Assembly (NCBI GenBank): GCA_942491535.1
Contig: CALOBV010000006.1
Coordinates: 2,483-66,482, forward strand
Direction of reading: 5' to 3'
DNA: 64,000 nucleotides
Source: an uncultured Marinilabiliaceae bacterium
Lineage (GTDB): Bacteria > Bacteroidota > Bacteroidia > Bacteroidales > VadinHA17
The position numbers were made by a program, and so were the translations under genes. A model generated the notes under the pieces. That model worked only from the letters and a program-made list of their open reading frames with translations. It was not told where the DNA came from and ran no database searches. This document shows positions 59,888-64,000 of the stretch, in pieces. How positions within the stretch are numbered: the stretch's first letter is position 1; every line of letters begins with the position of its first letter.

Positions 59888-62755
59888 TTAAAAACTCGCA
59901 AGATGTGAACTAAGATTTATTTCTCTCGAAAGGTTCATTTTTTTCCTGAGACGATATCGACCAACCTCAGCTCCCCGGTAAGAAATGTTAAGTATAGTAG
60001 CAATTTCCTTGGTAGAAATATTCATCCTGATAAACGCACATAATCTCAAGTCGTACGAAGTAAGGTCAGGATATTCATCTTTCAATCGCTTAAAAAATTC
60101 CTCATTAGCCTCATCGAAGTATGTCTCAAAAATCTTAATCTGTTGTTTAATGTCAATCTCTTTTTTAATATGCTTCTTAAGCACACAGATTTTTGACCTG
60201 GCAGCATCATTTACAATAAAATCCTGTATGTTATTGAGATCGTCATATACCCTGGAAAGAAACTTATTCTTATTAATAATTCCCATAGTTTGATTTGAAA
60301 GCTCCTTATCCCTGAATTTCATCTCATCACGTAACTTTTCATTTCGCAATTTTATTATCTCTTTCTCAGATATAAGGGCTTCACGCTGAAATTTATCTTC
60401 CCTGTCCTTTATCTCCTGTTTGTGTCTTTCCTCCTGCTTTATAGCCGACTGCCTGACACGGAACATTATATATCTTATTGTAAGGACCAAAAACACAATT
60501 ATAAGCAACAGGTAGATGGAATATGCAATAAAAGACCTGCGCCAGGGAGGAGATATCTCAAAAAAGAATGAATCAGGTTCACTCTCTACTCCGTAGATAT
60601 TCTTTGATTTCAGTCTGAGTTCGTAAATACCTTCGTGAAGTGTTGTGAAGTCTTTATAGTTATCACCTGACCAATCGGACCATTTATCTGAGAAACCTTC
60701 AAGAAAATAGCTAAACTCCAAAGGAAGCTCATTCTCAAAGAAGGGTGCGGCGAAGTGGAACCTGAACGAATTATTCCTGAACGGAAACTCGTAACCAGCA
60801 CTTACATTACTATCCCGAATATACAGAACAGAGTCAATATAAGGCAATTCTATACGGGTAATAAATGCCTCAAATTCTTTATTATAAGATTTTGGAGTAA
60901 GTGGAGAGTAGTGCACAAATCCATCTTCAAGGCCAAAATAAACATTCTCTTTGTCGAAGGGATAAACAAACTCGAATTCGTTAACATAACTTCTCTTAAG
61001 CTTTCTGAAGGGTATTGTAATCCTGGTATATGACATGTCTTCATTCTGACGTATAAAGCCAGATTCCTGTTCGGCAATATACCATATAAGCCCTTCGCTA
61101 TCGGTAGTTACGGTCTTAAGTTTTCCAGAATCGCCAAATATTTCATTTATTCTTTCTGAAGGCACAAATGAATCACTATCCTTATCATATTCATAAACAC
61201 CATTTTTTGTAGATACAAATATATCTTCGTTAAGTTTAAAAAGAATATTCCCAACATCAGATACCAGACCCTTTGTCTTATCATAAACAACAACTTCATT
61301 GACTGAACCATTATTCTCACTCAATTTTATTCTAAATATTCCTCTTCCACTATGGCCAACCCATAAGTACCCTTCCGCATCCTGCAAAATGTAGCGGCTC
61401 GACTCTTCAAATCCCTCTATTTTCTTATAAAACCTCCAGTTATTATTCACCTTTTTAAAAAGCACAAGGCCCTTGTAATGACCGGCTATCAAAAGTTCCG
61501 GATTATTTTGGAGCGAGATAAAGTTCCATGCTCCCTGCTCATCACATATCTTTCTCGCAGATCGTCCATTCACCAGGAAAGCACCCAGGTTATGCCCGCA
61601 AAATAACTGTCCGTCAATCACTTCAAGCGACCATACCTGCCCGGCAGTATTCTGGACAAGCTCAAAATCAGATCGGGAAGAAGATGTTTCAATTGATGTT
61701 ACATAGAGACCCTGATTTGTACCCAGGTATAGTTTATCTTTAAAAACTTTACAACAGTATCCGGTTCCTATCTTTTCTGATCCAATAAAGCTGAGAGGTG
61801 AATTTGTCTCAATATAATCAATGCCATTATCAAGACCCAGCCACAAATTCTCTGACCTATCAACATAGAGGCTTAGAACAGTATTATTTTGTATTCCAAG
61901 ATCAGAATTAAGAGTATAAATAATGTTTCCATCCTTATCACAGATAACCAGGCCGCTTAATATGGTTCCAAAAGCGTAGTAGTTATCAGGAAGTGAGATA
62001 GCACAAAAAAGCCTGTTTGCAATAACATAATCATTTACAGGAGTATCCCACTCTTCAATTTGCCCATCTTCCAGAACATATATCCCATTATATGTGGTGC
62101 CAATAAGTGTTTTATTTCCTTCCATATCAAGGATTGCACTCACCTCCTTATCACGGTATTCTTTCCACCAGGGCAGGTCTATCAATTCGCCATTTCTAAA
62201 TTCAAAAAGCCCTATTCCAGGTTCATGAATAATGAGTTGTTTGTCTTTCACAAAGGAAAAATGAAAGAGGTTCTCAGGTTCAATAACGTCAATTCTGCCA
62301 TTATTATACAAAAACAAATAATCATAGCACTGAAATACTATACCGCTGTCAACTTCATAAATACGCCAGATATCATCGAATTCCCTATACTTTTCCGGGA
62401 CAAGGTCCTTGAGACTTTCAAAATAAGAGTCCCTGTTATCTTCTCTTTTTACAATTCCAAAGTCGTTTATTAATCCTGCATAAATCGTATTCTGACTATC
62501 AACCAGTATACTTCTCAAAGGAGAATTTGCAGATACCCTGGTAAGTGACCATTCCACACCATTAAAACACAATAGTCCATCGTTATTGGCAAAATATATA
62601 AATCCATCCTGATCCTGGTCGATTACCCAATTCTGAGTCCCGGCATTATATTCTGATTTCGGAAAATTTCTGATGTTAGGAATGCCGATATATGATTTCT
62701 GAGCATTAGCTATGATTGAAAGGGATAGAAATAATATACACAGAGCACTTTTCAT
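59888..62755 (-). CDS. Transmembrane one-component regulator: periplasmic beta-propeller sensor + Y_Y_Y domain, TM helix, coiled coil, LuxR-type HTH
   Basis: Signal peptide MKSALCILFLSLSIIANAQ. Reg_prop-like repeats (FIYFANNDGLLCFNGVEWS...). Y_Y_Y-like YSYFLEGFSDKWSDW...YELRLKSKNIYG. TM helix AYSIYLLLIIVFLVLTI. Lys/Glu-rich coiled coil. C-terminal LTSYDLRLCAFIRMNISTKEIATILNISYRGAEVGRYRLRKKMNL. Confidence 0.8.
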   Translation of the reverse strand: MKSALCILFLSLSIIANAQKSYIGIPNIRNFPKSEYNAGTQNWVIDQDQDGFIYFANNDGLLCFNGVEWSLTRVSANSPLRSILVDSQNTIYAGLINDFGIVKREDNRDSYFESLKDLVPEKYREFDDIWRIYEVDSGIVFQCYDYLFLYNNGRIDVIEPENLFHFSFVKDKQLIIHEPGIGLFEFRNGELIDLPWWKEYRDKEVSAILDMEGNKTLIGTTYNGIYVLEDGQIEEWDTPVNDYVIANRLFCAISLPDNYYAFGTILSGLVICDKDGNIIYTLNSDLGIQNNTVLSLYVDRSENLWLGLDNGIDYIETNSPLSFIGSEKIGTGYCCKVFKDKLYLGTNQGLYVTSIETSSSRSDFELVQNTAGQVWSLEVIDGQLFCGHNLGAFLVNGRSARKICDEQGAWNFISLQNNPELLIAGHYKGLVLFKKVNNNWRFYKKIEGFEESSRYILQDAEGYLWVGHSGRGIFRIKLSENNGSVNEVVVYDKTKGLVSDVGNILFKLNEDIFVSTKNGVYEYDKDSDSFVPSERINEIFGDSGKLKTVTTDSEGLIWYIAEQESGFIRQNEDMSYTRITIPFRKLKRSYVNEFEFVYPFDKENVYFGLEDGFVHYSPLTPKSYNKEFEAFITRIELPYIDSVLYIRDSNVSAGYEFPFRNNSFRFHFAAPFFENELPLEFSYFLEGFSDKWSDWSGDNYKDFTTLHEGIYELRLKSKNIYGVESEPDSFFFEISPPWRRSFIAYSIYLLLIIVFLVLTIRYIMFRVRQSAIKQEERHKQEIKDREDKFQREALISEKEIIKLRNEKLRDEMKFRDKELSNQTMGIINKNKFLSRVYDDLNNIQDFIVNDAARSKICVLKKHIKKEIDIKQQIKIFETYFDEANEEFFKRLKDEYPDLTSYDLRLCAFIRMNISTKEIATILNISYRGAEVGRYRLRKKMNLSREINLSSHLASF

Positions 62756-62967
62756 AGCTGAATTTATGAACTGTTAATTTAACCAATTATAATTAATTAG
62801 TAAAACTGAACAAACAAATAGATATTTGTACCCAGGCCTGCCAAATACCAGAAGGTTATATATTAATCAGTTACAAACAACATTCGACATATAGCGTCTG
62901 ATTTCAGGAGCATTAATTTGATATTCTTGCAAGCGCCTCAGATAATGAGTAAACGAATAAAATTCAT

Positions 62968-64000
62968 TTATTTTTCTCTGTTTAAAGGTAATTCAATCCC
63001 AAATCCTCCTTTTTTATCTTCCCTTTTCAGCATAAAGGCAAAAAACAAACCAAGCAGACCCAGAACTGAAAACATCAGTATTGTTGAACTGTAATCTGCT
63101 ACTTCAGGGTTTCCCGGATTAGTCTTATCGAGAATAAGGCCTGCAATAAGCGGGAAGCCCCAGAGACCAAGATTTTGTATTGAATACATTAAACCGTATG
63201 CTGTTCCAATCTGTTTTTCGGGCACCAGCTTCACCATGCTGGGCCACATCGAGGCTGGGACCAGTGAGAAGGCTATGCCAAGTAATACCATCGGGATATA
63301 GGGCATCATATTGGTAAGACTAAATATCAGGTGAACAACCAGGAGGGTAAGCGATCCGAATATCATAGCAGTTGCACTCCTTCCCTTCCTGTCGATCAGC
63401 CACCCAAAGAGAGGAGTAAATATCAAGGTTCCCAGGGGCAGAAGCGATGTTATTCTTCCGCTAACTATATCAGTAAGCCCAAACTTATCTGCGAAGAAGT
63501 CGGGTGCATAAGCCATAAAGGGAAATACTGCAGAATAGAATGTTACACAAAGTAAAGCGATATAGATATAAGCCCTGTTGGTAAGTAGCCTGAAAACATC
63601 ACCCATAACAAATTTCTCTTTCTTCTCTTCTACAAAATCTTCGGCACTTTCAACTGCCCTGTCGTATTTAGCATCAAACAGCATATATACAAGGAAGGCA
63701 AGCAGACCCGAAAGAACCAGGATGGCCGCCAACCATATTGCTCCGGAAAGGTTTGCCCCATCCCTGGCAACCACCGGTGAGACTTGCAGGGCAGCAAAAG
63801 TTCCAAGCCTGCCAAAGCCAACCTTCAGTCCGAATGCCAGCGCAAGATCTTTTCCCTTAAACCACTTTACGAGGATCTTACTTACAACAACAATAGTTGT
63901 TTCTGCTCCCAGCCCAAAAAAGAACCTGCCAAGAAGCATCATCTTTAGTTCGGGCGATTTACCTGTCCAGAATGAATCAAAGAGATTATGTCCAATACCA
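62968..64000 (-). CDS. MFS transporter, C-terminal ~344 aa (gene continues beyond the window end)
   Basis: The reading frame stays open upstream of the track ORF to position 64000 (..GIGHNLFDSFWTGKSPELKMMLLGRFFFGLGAE..). Multiple TM helices typical of the MFS fold. Confidence 0.75.
   Translation of the reverse strand, partial: GIGHNLFDSFWTGKSPELKMMLLGRFFFGLGAETTIVVVSKILVKWFKGKDLALAFGLKVGFGRLGTFAALQVSPVVARDGANLSGAIWLAAILVLSGLLAFLVYMLFDAKYDRAVESAEDFVEEKKEKFVMGDVFRLLTNRAYIYIALLCVTFYSAVFPFMAYAPDFFADKFGLTDIVSGRITSLLPLGTLIFTPLFGWLIDRKGRSATAMIFGSLTLLVVHLIFSLTNMMPYIPMVLLGIAFSLVPASMWPSMVKLVPEKQIGTAYGLMYSIQNLGLWGFPLIAGLILDKTNPGNPEVADYSSTILMFSVLGLLGLFFAFMLKREDKKGGFGIELPLNREK

Noticed and set aside
1-64000. 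Search for mobile elements, tRNA/rRNA genes or an island boundary that could explain the pseudogene clusters
   Set aside because: No transposase, integrase, phage or conjugation genes, terminal inverted repeats or tRNA-like sequences were recognised. The disruptions appear to be point indels and substitutions rather than insertion events.

Overview
This 64-kb window is a low-GC chromosomal segment from a Bacteroidota/FCB-group bacterium. The assignment rests on T9SS type A and type B C-terminal sorting domains, a CarboxypepD_reg TonB-dependent receptor paired with a DUF4249 gene, and the HsdR_N-domain gene next to holA. The organism is probably marine or saline, given Na+-NQR, NhaC and a beta-1,3-glucan locus. 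I found no rRNA, tRNA, CRISPR array, transposase or integrase.

Layout:
- 0-4.2 kb: a partial PKD-domain protein, then a decayed TonB-dependent receptor/DUF4249 pair.
- 4.4-16 kb: a fatty acid desaturase, a membrane-tethered XRE regulator, a beta-barrel-anchored repeat protein, a BNR/sortilin-like protein, a T9SS type B cargo protein and a methyltransferase.
- 16.2-20.2 kb: two tandem FadL-like outer-membrane genes, both heavily degraded, followed by a frameshifted small secreted-protein gene.
- 20.4-33.2 kb: housekeeping genes, namely a second BNR protein, a NUDIX fusion, the HsdR_N-domain protein, AMP nucleosidase, holA, a yqgE/algH-family gene, nhaC, a fused 2-oxoacid dehydrogenase E1 and apbE.
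- 33.5-39.3 kb: an intact nqrABCDEF operon.
- 39.5-41.3 kb: an M28 peptidase and a frameshifted DUF45 peptidase.
- 41.3-62.8 kb: a co-directional beta-1,3/1,6-glucan (laminarin-type) utilisation locus.

The laminarin-type locus is the most interesting part. It has no SusC/SusD pair. The position they normally occupy is taken by a 1061-aa protein that joins a clan GH-A glycosidase-like domain to a long C-terminal region with outer-membrane beta-barrel character. The next gene encodes a 1322-aa lipoprotein with six putative glycan-binding modules, two of which are a near-identical 519-bp tandem duplication. A cytoplasmic branch follows, with a 1151-aa GH94/GH149-like phosphorylase and two leaderless GH17-like proteins.

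Two other themes stand out. Nine of about 43 genes carry frame disruptions, all in envelope or glycan genes. Three short tandem-repeat arrays sit directly after stop codons in convergent intergenic regions.

All calls come from reading the translated ORFs and the DNA. No database search was run.
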